From positions 24,461-88,460 of the IMG/VR virus record IMGVR_UViG_3300005805_000060: a DNA stretch of 64,000 nt; one strand, written 5' to 3'. Within the stretch, counting starts at the first letter, position 1; each line of letters opens with the position of its first letter. The position numbers and the translations under genes are program-made. Below the pieces are notes generated by a model, which had not been told where the DNA came from, made no database searches, and was given only the letters and a program-made list of their open reading frames with translations. This DNA comes from a virus. Lineage: Duplodnaviria > Caudoviricetes. Positions 37,676 to 47,745 of this stretch are shown one piece after another.

Positions 37676-40441
37676 TTAGGCCTTGTATTGCTGCCAGAGT
37701 CGACGCATGTTCAAGATGCTCTCTTCCACTTTCTCGTCGTCCTTGTCGTCGGCTGCTTTTTTCATAGGCTCTGTCTTGTCGCCGTCCTTGTCAATGTCTA
37801 GAAAGTCAGGCTTGGCTTCCTGGATGCCGGCCAGGCTCTGCATGCGTTGGATACTTTCGTATGCGCTGTCTTCGCCAGAGTGGCTGGTTTCGTGCAGAGA
37901 ATCGTGTGCTGCTTGATGTACTATGTCGCTGTTCTCTTGCTCAAATTCAGCCAACTCGTCATCAGACAAGGGAGTACCATCAGTATACTCGGCTCGGGAT
38001 AGGTATGCATCTACCAGGTCAGGATAGTCCCGGGTGTCAACTCCGTCCACTTCCAAGGATGTTACATCAACCATCTTGCCACGGAACGGAATCCCGTCCT
38101 GATCATCTTCGGATACACGCACCGCTGTTACAGGCACTGTGGTCTGTCCTGCACCGGCCACATCAGTCTTGGGCTTGTTGAGTCCACCCGAGTATTGCAG
38201 CGCATCATCTGACTGTGCAGTATTGGTAGGCCAGTCAGGTTGATTTTCATCTACCATTTTGGAGTGCATGCAAGGTGTAGTTCCGCAACCACAGTCGCTA
38301 CCCTGGCTGTCGCCACCAATACCGGCATTGCGTAGCAGTTCCTTGAGACGTCCAGCATCTTCATCTGTGGCAGTCACAGTGACTGAATCGCCACCTTCGG
38401 TGCTGCTGTTGATGTTCACGCTCATGCTTTCTGAGATCATCTGTTCCAGTTCACGGTTCAGGCTGTCGTAGATACCTCTACCAAACTGCATGCCACCCTT
38501 CTTGGGTGCCGCAGCCGGCGCAGTAGCGACCGAACCTGACGTGGTAGTTTCTTCCACGTCCTCGGCACCTTTCTTTTTCTTGGGCAGGCCTTTTTCCTTG
38601 GTGGTTGCGAACTTGTGCAATTCACCCTTGCTCATCTTGGCCATCTCTCGTGATGCACCGCGCAGTTCTGACTTGGGCAGATCACCTTTTTTGGCTGCGT
38701 ATGCAATACCTGCTGCTGCACGCTGAGACTTGCTGACTGCTTTTTCAGCCACTGGCTCTACGCTGTCTTTCTGTGCCTTCATGTAGTCACGGGCAGTGTC
38801 AAGATAGTCCACGGCCATGGTGATCTTTTTCTGTACCCACTCAGGCAAGTTCTCGTCAGCATCAAGAATACTACGAAGTTCAGCCGCAGCCTCTTTGGCA
38901 GTGCTCAGCTGATCGTGCGCCATGTCGCCTTCTTGATCGTATTCACCTTGATCTACAGGATCGATGTCAGTTTCAGCAATGGCACCTTTTTTCAACAGTT
39001 TGCTCGTGAAGCCGGGGCCCTTGGCGCCAATGCTACGACCAGTGCCTTTGGGTCGACCACGCTTGCGCGGTGCGTCTGTGGCTGACTTGGTCTTGCTGCG
39101 GGGTGAGTCCTCATCATCCTCGTCGTCAGTTTCTTGGCGTGCGCCGCCATAGGCACGACCTGCCACAAAGCGAGTTGATGCCTTCTGTTCTTCTTCGCCG
39201 CGCTCACGACGTTCGGCTTCTCGGCGATCGCGCAGGTCATCGATCTTGCCTTCTTCCATTTCTTTCTTGGCTAGATTTTTACCGGCTCCAACTCTAGTAA
39301 CTTTGTTATCAAAATTTGGGTCCATTTGTCTATGAGATGGTTGCTGTTCAACGCCGCCCGGCAATGAATCTGTTCTTGTAGGCACAACACCACCGCCACC
39401 GCGAGTGGGTTTTGCCGATTGAGAACCAAATTTGTCATATTTTGAAGCTGTAGCAGATTGCCGTTGATCCGCTCTATTTTTCCTCACTGTGGCAGCAAGC
39501 TCATCACGTTCCCCTTGATTTGCCGGCGGACGATATCCTCGATTTCCAACAGTTTGTACACGAAGTGCTTCTTCCATGTTGCCTTCGTTGGCTGAATGAT
39601 GTTTTTTGGCCTGGCGGGCAGCCTGTTTCATGGGTTCGGTCTTGTTGCCGTCCCGGTCTAGGTCGATGTAATCAGGTTTGGCCGCTTTCGCCGCGCCGAT
39701 CCGGCCCTCACTGATAGAATCCAGTTGATCTAACATAGTTCGCATGTTGCGATTTTCGTACATAGCATCCTCGCTTAAAATTTTATCAATAATCTTTTTG
39801 CCACCATACAGCAATGCAACAACGATACCAATTGGTAAAGCATATTTGACTGCCATTCCTGCCAGGGCCATAAGAGTGTTGCTATCAACAGTATCGCCTA
39901 TTTTATCTGCCAGTGCAGCTGAGGCTCCCCTGACATCGTTGTAGACTTCTCCCACGCCTCCAGACACCGAGCTGGCTAGATCGGTCAAGGCACTGTATAC
40001 ACCAACACCTGCACCAATTGGCAATGCATTCTTGGCTGCAATCTCTGCTCCCTGCCTGGCCACTTGCCCGGCGCCCTTTGCAGCTACTCCCGCTCCCTGT
40101 CTCGCAACAGGTGCAGCAGCACGACCTGCGCGACTCAGGGCCGGACCTATCCTTGACAACAACGGAATCAACGCACGAGCGCCAGCTGCCAAGGCCAGGG
40201 GTGCAATTTCATTGACCATGGTATCTTCGGTCGTCTCGTCTGGGCCGCCCAGCTTGCGCCCCAGAGGCGCACCTATCGCACCACCCACGGTGGCACCAAC
40301 AGGTCCGCCCATAGCAGCACCAGCCAATGCGCCACCAACTCCTCCTGCAATTTCTCCCTTGATACCTTCAGTGATCTGTTTTTTAGATTTGGCGTTTTCT
40401 AGGTCGGCCAATCGCTTGTTTAAGTCGTAAAAGAAAGTCAT
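37676..40441 (-). CDS. Large modular probable internal head (ejected) protein
   Basis: 921 aa from ATG 40441 (GAGGA SD). More than 12 [ILVM]xE motifs, two DxDxDG repeats, and a glycine-zipper segment. Confidence 0.6.
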   Translation of the reverse strand: MTFFYDLNKRLADLENAKSKKQITEGIKGEIAGGVGGALAGAAMGGPVGATVGGAIGAPLGRKLGGPDETTEDTMVNEIAPLALAAGARALIPLLSRIGPALSRAGRAAAPVARQGAGVAAKGAGQVARQGAEIAAKNALPIGAGVGVYSALTDLASSVSGGVGEVYNDVRGASAALADKIGDTVDSNTLMALAGMAVKYALPIGIVVALLYGGKKIIDKILSEDAMYENRNMRTMLDQLDSISEGRIGAAKAAKPDYIDLDRDGNKTEPMKQAARQAKKHHSANEGNMEEALRVQTVGNRGYRPPANQGERDELAATVRKNRADQRQSATASKYDKFGSQSAKPTRGGGGVVPTRTDSLPGGVEQQPSHRQMDPNFDNKVTRVGAGKNLAKKEMEEGKIDDLRDRREAERRERGEEEQKASTRFVAGRAYGGARQETDDEDDEDSPRSKTKSATDAPRKRGRPKGTGRSIGAKGPGFTSKLLKKGAIAETDIDPVDQGEYDQEGDMAHDQLSTAKEAAAELRSILDADENLPEWVQKKITMAVDYLDTARDYMKAQKDSVEPVAEKAVSKSQRAAAGIAYAAKKGDLPKSELRGASREMAKMSKGELHKFATTKEKGLPKKKKGAEDVEETTTSGSVATAPAAAPKKGGMQFGRGIYDSLNRELEQMISESMSVNINSSTEGGDSVTVTATDEDAGRLKELLRNAGIGGDSQGSDCGCGTTPCMHSKMVDENQPDWPTNTAQSDDALQYSGGLNKPKTDVAGAGQTTVPVTAVRVSEDDQDGIPFRGKMVDVTSLEVDGVDTRDYPDLVDAYLSRAEYTDGTPLSDDELAEFEQENSDIVHQAAHDSLHETSHSGEDSAYESIQRMQSLAGIQEAKPDFLDIDKDGDKTEPMKKAADDKDDEKVEESILNMRRLWQQYKA
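39250..39577 (-). repeat. 10-bp direct repeats (ATGGAAGAAG, MEE) flanking a 106-codon AT-richer insert
   Basis: Plus strand CTTCTTCCAT at 39250-39259 and 39568-39577, 318 bp apart, in frame. Confidence 0.7.
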
Positions 40442-40445
40442 TGTG

Positions 40446-41054
40446 TTATCCTCTAGGCTGTGCGCTGGTAGCCGGTTTGGGCGGACGTTTGACCCTGCTG
40501 AAGGGACTGGTAGTGCCTTGAGGCAGATCATTGGTAGTTTTGGCAGCAGGAGTTTTGCCCCCGGCCACTGTGAAATCTGAACGATACTGATTCTTCAAGA
40601 CCACATGATCGTGTGCTTCGGCTCCGTGGTCTTTCTTGAGAGCATTTTGCTCGGAAGAGTTGGCAGGGTAGTCAGTATCCTTGAGTAGATCTTTGTTTTG
40701 ATCTTCAATCTTTTCGTACTCATCCACCATGCTATCATTGTAGTCACGTGTGTTCATGACCACGCGATTGGGATCAAACCCCAGGATCTGCATGATCTGC
40801 TTGATCTGTGGTTCAATTGCCGGATAGCGAAAGCTGACATCAAACATGCTCATGCTTTCGTTCTTAAAATTGGGGAAATCTGTGGGTATGGCCTGTATAG
40901 GCGTGGTCTTGATGTCGCCCAAGCGAACAGGATCAAATTGATCCAGTCTCTGCTTGAGTTGGCGTACCAGGTCCTCTGGCACTTTGCCGCACATTTTGAT
41001 GCGGTAATCGTATGTGCGCTCACTTTCTGCTAGATACTTTGCAAATGGTTTCAT
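40446..41054 (-). CDS. Hypothetical protein with a capsid-targeting-like N-terminus
   Basis: Starts MKPFAKYLAES, with TAAATA upstream. Confidence 0.65.
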   Translation of the reverse strand: MKPFAKYLAESERTYDYRIKMCGKVPEDLVRQLKQRLDQFDPVRLGDIKTTPIQAIPTDFPNFKNESMSMFDVSFRYPAIEPQIKQIMQILGFDPNRVVMNTRDYNDSMVDEYEKIEDQNKDLLKDTDYPANSSEQNALKKDHGAEAHDHVVLKNQYRSDFTVAGGKTPAAKTTNDLPQGTTSPFSRVKRPPKPATSAQPRG

Positions 41055-41075
41055 ATTGGATATCCTGTTGTATAT

Positions 41076-41564
41076 TTATGCGTCTCGAGGTTTTTGGCCA
41101 TTGGTGGCGATGATTCTCTCCAACAGTTCGTTGCGACTGAGTACCATGCCAGTGCCCTGTTGCATAACAGGAGAGGGGTCGGGCTGCTGCTGATCCAAGC
41201 GAGCCTTCTTCAACTGGAGATCTATCATCTTGAGCTTCTTGTCCAACTTGGCTGTTTTGGCTGTTATGGCATGACCCAGCATGGAGGACGCCACATTAAA
41301 TATCTCGCTGGAAAATCGCGGCTCCACGTTCATGCCCAATGTCATGAGTTCGTTGTAGCTGTGTTTGGCTAGATTGGCCAACTCATCCATTTCAACGTCA
41401 GACGCTTCAAGCCCGCGTACACCAGGTAAAGCAGCGTCAATCTTGTCTATGGCCGAATCAATGTTGGTTATGACTTCGGGGTCAGGCGTCATTTCTGGTT
41501 CGGAGTACAATGACGCCTGCCCCGAGGGCGGAAGATCAAACAAGGATTCGAGTTTCTTGGTCAT
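41076..41564 (-). CDS. Possible terminase small subunit (T4 gp16-like)
   Basis: 162 aa, helical, EPRFSSEIFNVASSML...KKLK...LSRNELL, resembling the gp16 PRAYEV and STAEL regions. Confidence 0.45.
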   Translation of the reverse strand: MTKKLESLFDLPPSGQASLYSEPEMTPDPEVITNIDSAIDKIDAALPGVRGLEASDVEMDELANLAKHSYNELMTLGMNVEPRFSSEIFNVASSMLGHAITAKTAKLDKKLKMIDLQLKKARLDQQQPDPSPVMQQGTGMVLSRNELLERIIATNGQKPRDA

Positions 41565-41578
41565 GCCATATTTATGGA

Positions 41579-42010
41579 CTATGGACTACCGTTCTTGAAC
41601 ATCTGGACTTCGGTAAGAACCCTGAATACCAGTCCGTTGCGGCGAGCCCACTTGGTGGCCGCATCCCATTTGGCATGATTGACTGCTACTGTGGCTCGAT
41701 CTCGCACACTCATACGTCCTTCGATCACGCTCTGTTTTTTGGGCTTGATCTCGATTAACTCGGCGCGCACAGTGTTGTCACGGGTCCGATAAGTGATCAA
41801 GAAATCTGGCACATACACAGTCATTTTGCCAGTCAAGGGATTGCGATAGGGAATGGTCACACATTCGCTGGCCCACTGTAGCACATGTTCGTTGCTGTCG
41901 CAGAATTGCATAAAGGCCCATTCCCATCCTGATCGATAGGTGGGGAGGCTTTTGCCCACGTATTTGTCAGGATTGGTAATCTGAAATTTGCCCTGGGCCC
42001 ACCGGCTCAT
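41579..42010 (-). CDS. Head completion nuclease (T4 gp4-like)
   Basis: G.F...NPDKY.G..YRS.WE..FM..CD..V..WASE..Y.PDF..IEIKP..N.AKW.AA. Confidence 0.85.
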   Translation of the reverse strand: MSRWAQGKFQITNPDKYVGKSLPTYRSGWEWAFMQFCDSNEHVLQWASECVTIPYRNPLTGKMTVYVPDFLITYRTRDNTVRAELIEIKPKKQSVIEGRMSVRDRATVAVNHAKWDAATKWARRNGLVFRVLTEVQMFKNGSP

Positions 42011-42366
42011 TGTATTATGTTACGGGCCGCGTAGAAGTTTGCCTGAACCGGAACTCCCACTCCCAAGAGCGCGGCTCGATCTCGTACTAGATTGAGGTAG
42101 TAGGCCAAATTGGCCGTAAGATTGATGCCAGTGGTGCCCTGGAATCCTTGCAATAGAGTCAGTGCTGGTATCTTGGTTTCTTCAGCCACGCGGAACAGAC
42201 TCACGGTCAGATTACCCGCGGCCACTCGGCTTTTCATGTTGGCCACAAAGAACGAGTTAACAAGATCATATTCATTGGCCGGTATGTTGGCCTCATACTC
42301 ATAGAATCGATCAAACACTCGCACCGTGAGATCTTGGTTATAGTTGGTTTCGTTTATGGAGCTCAT
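42007..42366 (-). CDS. Hypothetical virion morphogenesis protein
   Basis: 119 aa, overlapping both neighbours in the structural operon. Confidence 0.65.
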   Translation of the reverse strand: MSSINETNYNQDLTVRVFDRFYEYEANIPANEYDLVNSFFVANMKSRVAAGNLTVSLFRVAEETKIPALTLLQGFQGTTGINLTANLAYYLNLVRDRAALLGVGVPVQANFYAARNIIQ

Positions 42367-43514
42367 GTTGTAGAAGGACTTCGTGGGGTGGGAAAGAACA
42401 CACCTGTGGGCTTGGTCATGATATTGCGCACTGCCTGGCTATTTGCCCCGGCCACTATGGTATTACGGCCTAGAGCCACGGCTTCACTAATTGCAGTGCT
42501 CTTGATGTTGGCGTTCTTGAATGTGTTGTAGGTTCTACCGGCAGTTTGTACAGCCCCAATCAAACCGCCCACTGTGCCACTCTGAAGATCGTTCAAGATG
42601 CCCTCGCCGGCATCCAAGAGACCACCTTGACCAAATATGGTCTGATTGGCACCTGGCCGAGCGATAGGGCTGAGACGAGTATCATAGTGCGAGGGATTTG
42701 CAAATCCTTGAACATTGGAGTCAGGACGTTGACGTCCAATTGCACCTGAATAGTATTTCACAGTCTCGTACATCACAGTCATGGTATGCTGCATGATGCC
42801 ACTACCTTGACTGTAATCATAGGTGTCATGATTCCAGCTCTGGATTATAGGATTGATCAAGACATATTCTGCAAACTTGCGCTGATCCATGCCATAGATC
42901 CTGACATCACGGAAGAAAGGTGGCTTGCCTGTGGGACCACAATAGCCATCGTTCCAGGTTTCACCAATATAGCCCCAATCTTTTACCAAGAGAGAATCAT
43001 TATAAATGTCTCGGGCATTATACCCAAATCCTGCAGTGCGATTGGCACTGGCACCTACCGACCCATTTGAATTGTTGGGATCTAGATAGCGTTGTGTGGG
43101 ATCCTTGTAGTAATAGGAGAAGTAATAGTACCAGAGACGTCGGGCATTGTCACCGCCGTCATCATGAAAGGTCACTGTGACTGGTTGATAATCAACTCGA
43201 GTTTGTACCACTCGTTTGCGGTTGTACTGGTTGAGAGTTTCGGCCTGTACTGTGTATTTGGGGAGATCCACTGACTTGACCAAAAGACTGAGTTTTTGTA
43301 CTTCGTCGTTGCTGAATACTCCACGGAGATAAGGTATCTCCTGGGTGTTGATCGTGAAGCTCACATGGTAGAGAAACTTGTATCGAGGCTTGAGCTCGTA
43401 ACTGTTGGTGGTAAAGGTACGGCTTGCGTGAGTGTAATCACGCAAGGTTTCCGTACCAGTAAAACCTTTCAGTATCTGATCGCCGATACCAAACGGACCG
43501 CCGCCATTGGCCAA
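42363..43514 (-). CDS. Tail tube-like / baseplate-tube initiator protein
   Basis: VKSVDLPKY...NQYNRKR...YQPVTVTFHDD, a tube-like pattern, adjacent to the tube gene. Confidence 0.6.
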   Translation of the reverse strand: MANGGGPFGIGDQILKGFTGTETLRDYTHASRTFTTNSYELKPRYKFLYHVSFTINTQEIPYLRGVFSNDEVQKLSLLVKSVDLPKYTVQAETLNQYNRKRVVQTRVDYQPVTVTFHDDGGDNARRLWYYYFSYYYKDPTQRYLDPNNSNGSVGASANRTAGFGYNARDIYNDSLLVKDWGYIGETWNDGYCGPTGKPPFFRDVRIYGMDQRKFAEYVLINPIIQSWNHDTYDYSQGSGIMQHTMTVMYETVKYYSGAIGRQRPDSNVQGFANPSHYDTRLSPIARPGANQTIFGQGGLLDAGEGILNDLQSGTVGGLIGAVQTAGRTYNTFKNANIKSTAISEAVALGRNTIVAGANSQAVRNIMTKPTGVFFPTPRSPSTT

Positions 43515-43532
43515 GATCTACTCCCGGGTTGC

Positions 43533-44168
43533 TTAGATAGCGCCCTGACCAGCACCAGTTACCACGTCGCCTATGGTACGGCCAATTACCGTACCAACAC
43601 CAGTACCGTTAGGTGTCTGATTGGCGTTGTCGTAAGCAATAGCCAGGGTCACTGTGACCGGTTGGCTGTCAGCGTAACTGAGCTGATTGTAGTTTGCACT
43701 CTTGAGATAGCAACCATACAATTCCCAGGTTTCTAGTACCACAGGCTCTGAGGCACCGTTACCGCCGTCTAGCACCTCAACCTTGGTCAGAAACTTGTAA
43801 TCAATGCCCGAAGCAGCGGATGCCATTTCCAGGAAGTCCATTTGCTTCTGTAATTGTTCGCCTACCAGCCTTGACACTTGCCCAGAAGCATCGTCACGCA
43901 GTTCGCAGTTGACATCTGCCCAGGAGTGTTTACCAGCTAGCTTGAGAGTGCTGTTGTAGATTGGCAGCGTAATTTCTTCAAAGCTGAGATTTGGACGGTC
44001 AAAAGTCATGACCTGCTTGGTCAGCTCTGTGGTGGGTTTTGATATGCCAAAGTTTTCAAACATCACGCGGAAGCGATACTTGAGTTTGGGCATCAACAGG
44101 CCCTGAGTTGAAGAGCTCTGATCGCTCGCCAAGGGCACTGTCATTCGTTGTAGTGAGCTAACTGCCAT
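43533..44168 (-). CDS. Tail tube protein (T4 gp19-like)
   Basis: PKLKYRFRV, AGKHSW, WELYGC, L.YA....VT..YD, directly downstream of the sheath gene. Confidence 0.85.
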   Translation of the reverse strand: MAVSSLQRMTVPLASDQSSSTQGLLMPKLKYRFRVMFENFGISKPTTELTKQVMTFDRPNLSFEEITLPIYNSTLKLAGKHSWADVNCELRDDASGQVSRLVGEQLQKQMDFLEMASAASGIDYKFLTKVEVLDGGNGASEPVVLETWELYGCYLKSANYNQLSYADSQPVTVTLAIAYDNANQTPNGTGVGTVIGRTIGDVVTGAGQGAI

Positions 44169-44202
44169 TTGTGATCTCCTATATGTTTATTTACCAAGGA
44201 TC

Positions 44203-44224
44203 ATGGCCAAACTAATTTGGCCAT
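44203..44224. terminator. Hairpin between the sheath and tube genes
   Basis: 9-bp stem ATGGCCAAA/TTTGGCCAT. There is no U-run on the coding strand, so it may be a stability element instead. Confidence 0.4.
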
Positions 44225-44230
44225 TTTCCA

Positions 44231-47200
44231 TTAGCCCGCTGCTCCAGAGATTTCACCAGTGTTCTTGATACGCAGCGGAATGTAGATAAACTCCACTGCC
44301 TTGACTGGTTCTATGGCAATATCAACCCACAATTCGTTACGGTCGATACGTGCTGGCGTGTTGTTGCTGAGATCACAAATCACCAGGTAGTCATAGATAG
44401 CACGCTTGGCGATCAAGTCGATCATCAAACTGTTCACAGTGTTGGTGATCTCGTTGCGAGTGATCTGATCGTTGGGTTCAAACAGGTATAGCTTGCCGAT
44501 TTCTTCTAGACGTCCACGAAGGTATGCTACCAGTCGTGCCACATTGATACGATCCAATGCAGAGGTAGTCGTGGTCGAAGTTTTGTTACCAAAGTTTGTG
44601 ATGCCTACACCTGGAATGAACGTGATTGGATTGACATTACGCTCGTAAAGTATGTCACGCACGGACTGACTGGTGCTGATCTGCACAAACTCGCCAGTGG
44701 CTGCGTTGATATACCCGATCGCTGTGGCATTGTCTACCACGCCACGTCGTGTACCCGCAGGTGCCAACCAGGGATAACTGACAGCATCACTGCGCAGAAT
44801 CGTGCGAACCATCATGTGGCTAGGCGGTGCTACCACACTGTTGCCCGACAGGTCTGTGGTCTGGCAGCTGGGATAGAACGTGGCCATGTAGTTACTGGTA
44901 GCAACTAGACCATCTTCGGTAGCCAGCCCTAGACCATTATTGTTAGTAGCCCAGGTAGTGAGACTGTTGCCATCAGGCCCCAATCGCATGGGAGTATCGC
45001 CTACAATAAACAGAGTATTATTGCGCTCGTTGCTGAGAGCGATCATGTTGGGCTCCAGTTCAGGATAGGCCGGGCAAGAGATAATATTGAACTGATTCTG
45101 TTCCTCTCGAGCAGCCTCGCTGGTGTCAATTCCGGCCTTGAGAGCCTCAACTACCATCTGACGCTGGGCCAGTCGGCCTCCCCACATGGCTCCGTTGTCA
45201 CGATTGCCTGACGCCGACAACCAAGTGCTGGTCACTGTAATTATTTCCCAAAACAATGGGTCCACACCTGGAGTCTGATTGGTATTACCGTTGCTCATCG
45301 AAATATAGTTGGCACCGTTGTAGTTTACATAATCACCAACACGATAGACAGTGCTCGATGACCAGGCATCTGATGGATACGTTGAGGCGTTAAAATAATC
45401 GCTCTGGAAGGCCTTGACGTTGTATCCCGACCGTCGAGTATTGAACAACAACATGCCCTGAGGATATAAACCAGGATTGGGAGCGTCTAGATCTAGGTAG
45501 TTACTGGTCAGGAGGTTTAATATAGAAGGTATAGCACCAGACACTGGATCGGTAGTACCATTTGTGGCCCAACGTGCATCCGCAAATAGCACTCCATTTT
45601 CAGTGGCTTGATCTGTGGTATCTATCGCTATCCACTGATCCTGGCCATCCGCGGCATCCCATCGATACAGCTTGGGATAGTTTTCAAGATCGCTGGTATC
45701 TACCCAAAGATCGCCATAGACCAAGGGACTTTCAGCATCATCGTTCTGAGTCAAAGGTGCAGTAGGTGCACAGATTGGGCCCAAGGCATTGGTCGCTGTG
45801 AGGTTGTAACCGCGCACGTCATTAGCAACGTTTTGATAACCCTGCCATCGTCCGTTGTCCTGGATCATGATGTCCACCTCAGTAGCGGTGCTGTAGTACC
45901 ACAGGGTGCCGTTGGCGGGATCTTGATCAGGTGCCGTGCTGCTAGCTACGTAATTGAACAGCGGAGTAGACACTAGGTTGGACAACACCAGTCGACCCGG
46001 AACTGACAGAGCCTGTCTGACCTTGGGAGTGGATGTAGTAAATCCTGCTGTGGTTATTGGAGAACCACTTTGAGGATCTATGGTGATCAAACCACCGGCA
46101 CTGTGTGTGAATACTATGTTACCTGCGCTGTTGACTGCTGCACTCACAAAAGGCACGTTGGCTGCACTCACTGCTGCCAGGAAATCAGCCACAGTACCAG
46201 TTCCACCTATAGTCGCAGTGGCCGAAATTACTTGAGTCGTGCCCGGCTGTGACCCACGTATAACAAACGAATTGCCGGGCGTAAATGCAGTACCTGTAGG
46301 AGTGGTAGTACCAGTCACTATGGTCTGACCAAACGTGAATTGTTCAAAAATCTCAAACGCCATGCACTGCAAAGGCGTGGTCTGGTAAAAGTTTGCCAAG
46401 GGGTTCACATATGTGGTACCTGCAGGAATGTTGCGGCCACCATTGACCGGATCAAGCGCAAAGACTGCATCTACACCAGAAAAATAAGCTGGCGTGTTTT
46501 GCAACACCCACTCATCTGTTGTGACACTGTATTGCTTGAGTTTGATGTTCAACCCGTTGTTTACTGTGCTGACATTGTTCCAGACTGATCCAGTGGGATG
46601 TGGAGTGACATCAGTTGCTCTCCAACGTGGTGACTGGTAGCTGTAGCCGGGAAAATAAGTAGGTGCCAGATATGCGCCCGACGTGATGCCCAGAGCTGCC
46701 AGCAGAGCAGCACCGTTATTGGGGCCTGGATCAATTGAAATCACACCGCCGGATCCTGATGACCCGTCATTGGTAGCGGTACTGTCGGCAAACAACTGAA
46801 GCTTGCCTCCACTGACCGAAGCGGTCACGCCTGTGATAGCTGCATTATTAATGGCTGTCGCAAACCCCGATACATTGAGTCCAGTGCCGCCGGCGCCTAC
46901 TGTGACTAGGGTGTCGTTGATGTAAAGATTGTATCCATTGGTCAAGCTGCTGGGAGTGGCCGATCCAGTTATGGTAGGCCAGCTGTTTTTCCAGTCATCA
47001 TCGCCTACTAGGACCCAGGTGTTGTTGAAATTCTTGTAGTAACCATATATGGGTACGCTGAGAGCAGTGACCGCGTAGTCACCAATGCTGCCATAGGAAG
47101 CAATGGGAGTATAATCTCCAGCAGCAGCATCAACCACAAACTGGCTGTCAGTGATAACCAAGGGTGTCTTGACCGTGAACGTGTTTGTGCTCTGGTTCCA

Positions 47201-47644
47201 TTCCTGGATACCCCAGACTGTGGAGGTCACATCCAACCAGTAGGTACCGTTGTTGGCATCGCCGGTGGGGCGAGTCAGAGTGGCAGTGAGCCCTGTGAGA
47301 TTGATATTGGCTCGCTGTATGTAGCAACGGTTGGTCACACCCAGGGCGCTATAGGCAGCAAGAAGACCGTATTCATTGAGCTCGTACCCATTGATGGGAG
47401 TGCCATTAGTGGTGTTATAGAAGAAAGGTACACCAAAAGTGGCTACTAAATCACGTTGACTAGTGATTAAATAGGTCTTGTTGGCATTGGCTGCGGTGGT
47501 GCCGGCAGCCACGGTGACACCGTCACCGGAAACTTTGTTTTGTGCAGTGGCAATGAGGAAGTAAGGAACCGTGTTGACGGCCGAGGGAATGTATTGGCTC
47601 TCGTCAATTACAGTTACTTCTACTCCAGGTGATATTAGTGCCAT
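44231..47644 (-). CDS. Contractile tail sheath protein (T4 gp18-like)
   Basis: SPGVEVTVIDES, WLAPAG.RRG, NPI.F.PG.G..FG.KT, DRINVARL, PVKAVEFI. 1137 aa with a large insertion. Confidence 0.93.
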   Translation of the reverse strand: MALISPGVEVTVIDESQYIPSAVNTVPYFLIATAQNKVSGDGVTVAAGTTAANANKTYLITSQRDLVATFGVPFFYNTTNGTPINGYELNEYGLLAAYSALGVTNRCYIQRANINLTGLTATLTRPTGDANNGTYWLDVTSTVWGIQEWNQSTNTFTVKTPLVITDSQFVVDAAAGDYTPIASYGSIGDYAVTALSVPIYGYYKNFNNTWVLVGDDDWKNSWPTITGSATPSSLTNGYNLYINDTLVTVGAGGTGLNVSGFATAINNAAITGVTASVSGGKLQLFADSTATNDGSSGSGGVISIDPGPNNGAALLAALGITSGAYLAPTYFPGYSYQSPRWRATDVTPHPTGSVWNNVSTVNNGLNIKLKQYSVTTDEWVLQNTPAYFSGVDAVFALDPVNGGRNIPAGTTYVNPLANFYQTTPLQCMAFEIFEQFTFGQTIVTGTTTPTGTAFTPGNSFVIRGSQPGTTQVISATATIGGTGTVADFLAAVSAANVPFVSAAVNSAGNIVFTHSAGGLITIDPQSGSPITTAGFTTSTPKVRQALSVPGRLVLSNLVSTPLFNYVASSTAPDQDPANGTLWYYSTATEVDIMIQDNGRWQGYQNVANDVRGYNLTATNALGPICAPTAPLTQNDDAESPLVYGDLWVDTSDLENYPKLYRWDAADGQDQWIAIDTTDQATENGVLFADARWATNGTTDPVSGAIPSILNLLTSNYLDLDAPNPGLYPQGMLLFNTRRSGYNVKAFQSDYFNASTYPSDAWSSSTVYRVGDYVNYNGANYISMSNGNTNQTPGVDPLFWEIITVTSTWLSASGNRDNGAMWGGRLAQRQMVVEALKAGIDTSEAAREEQNQFNIISCPAYPELEPNMIALSNERNNTLFIVGDTPMRLGPDGNSLTTWATNNNGLGLATEDGLVATSNYMATFYPSCQTTDLSGNSVVAPPSHMMVRTILRSDAVSYPWLAPAGTRRGVVDNATAIGYINAATGEFVQISTSQSVRDILYERNVNPITFIPGVGITNFGNKTSTTTTSALDRINVARLVAYLRGRLEEIGKLYLFEPNDQITRNEITNTVNSLMIDLIAKRAIYDYLVICDLSNNTPARIDRNELWVDIAIEPVKAVEFIYIPLRIKNTGEISGAAG

Positions 47645-47745
47645 TTTGGGGTTCCTTTGAAAAAGTAGTACAGATATTTATTGGAACCTGCAAAAAACAG
47701 CCTGATAGAACGCCCTTTGCCAAAGGTTCAAGCGTAAATAGCGGT

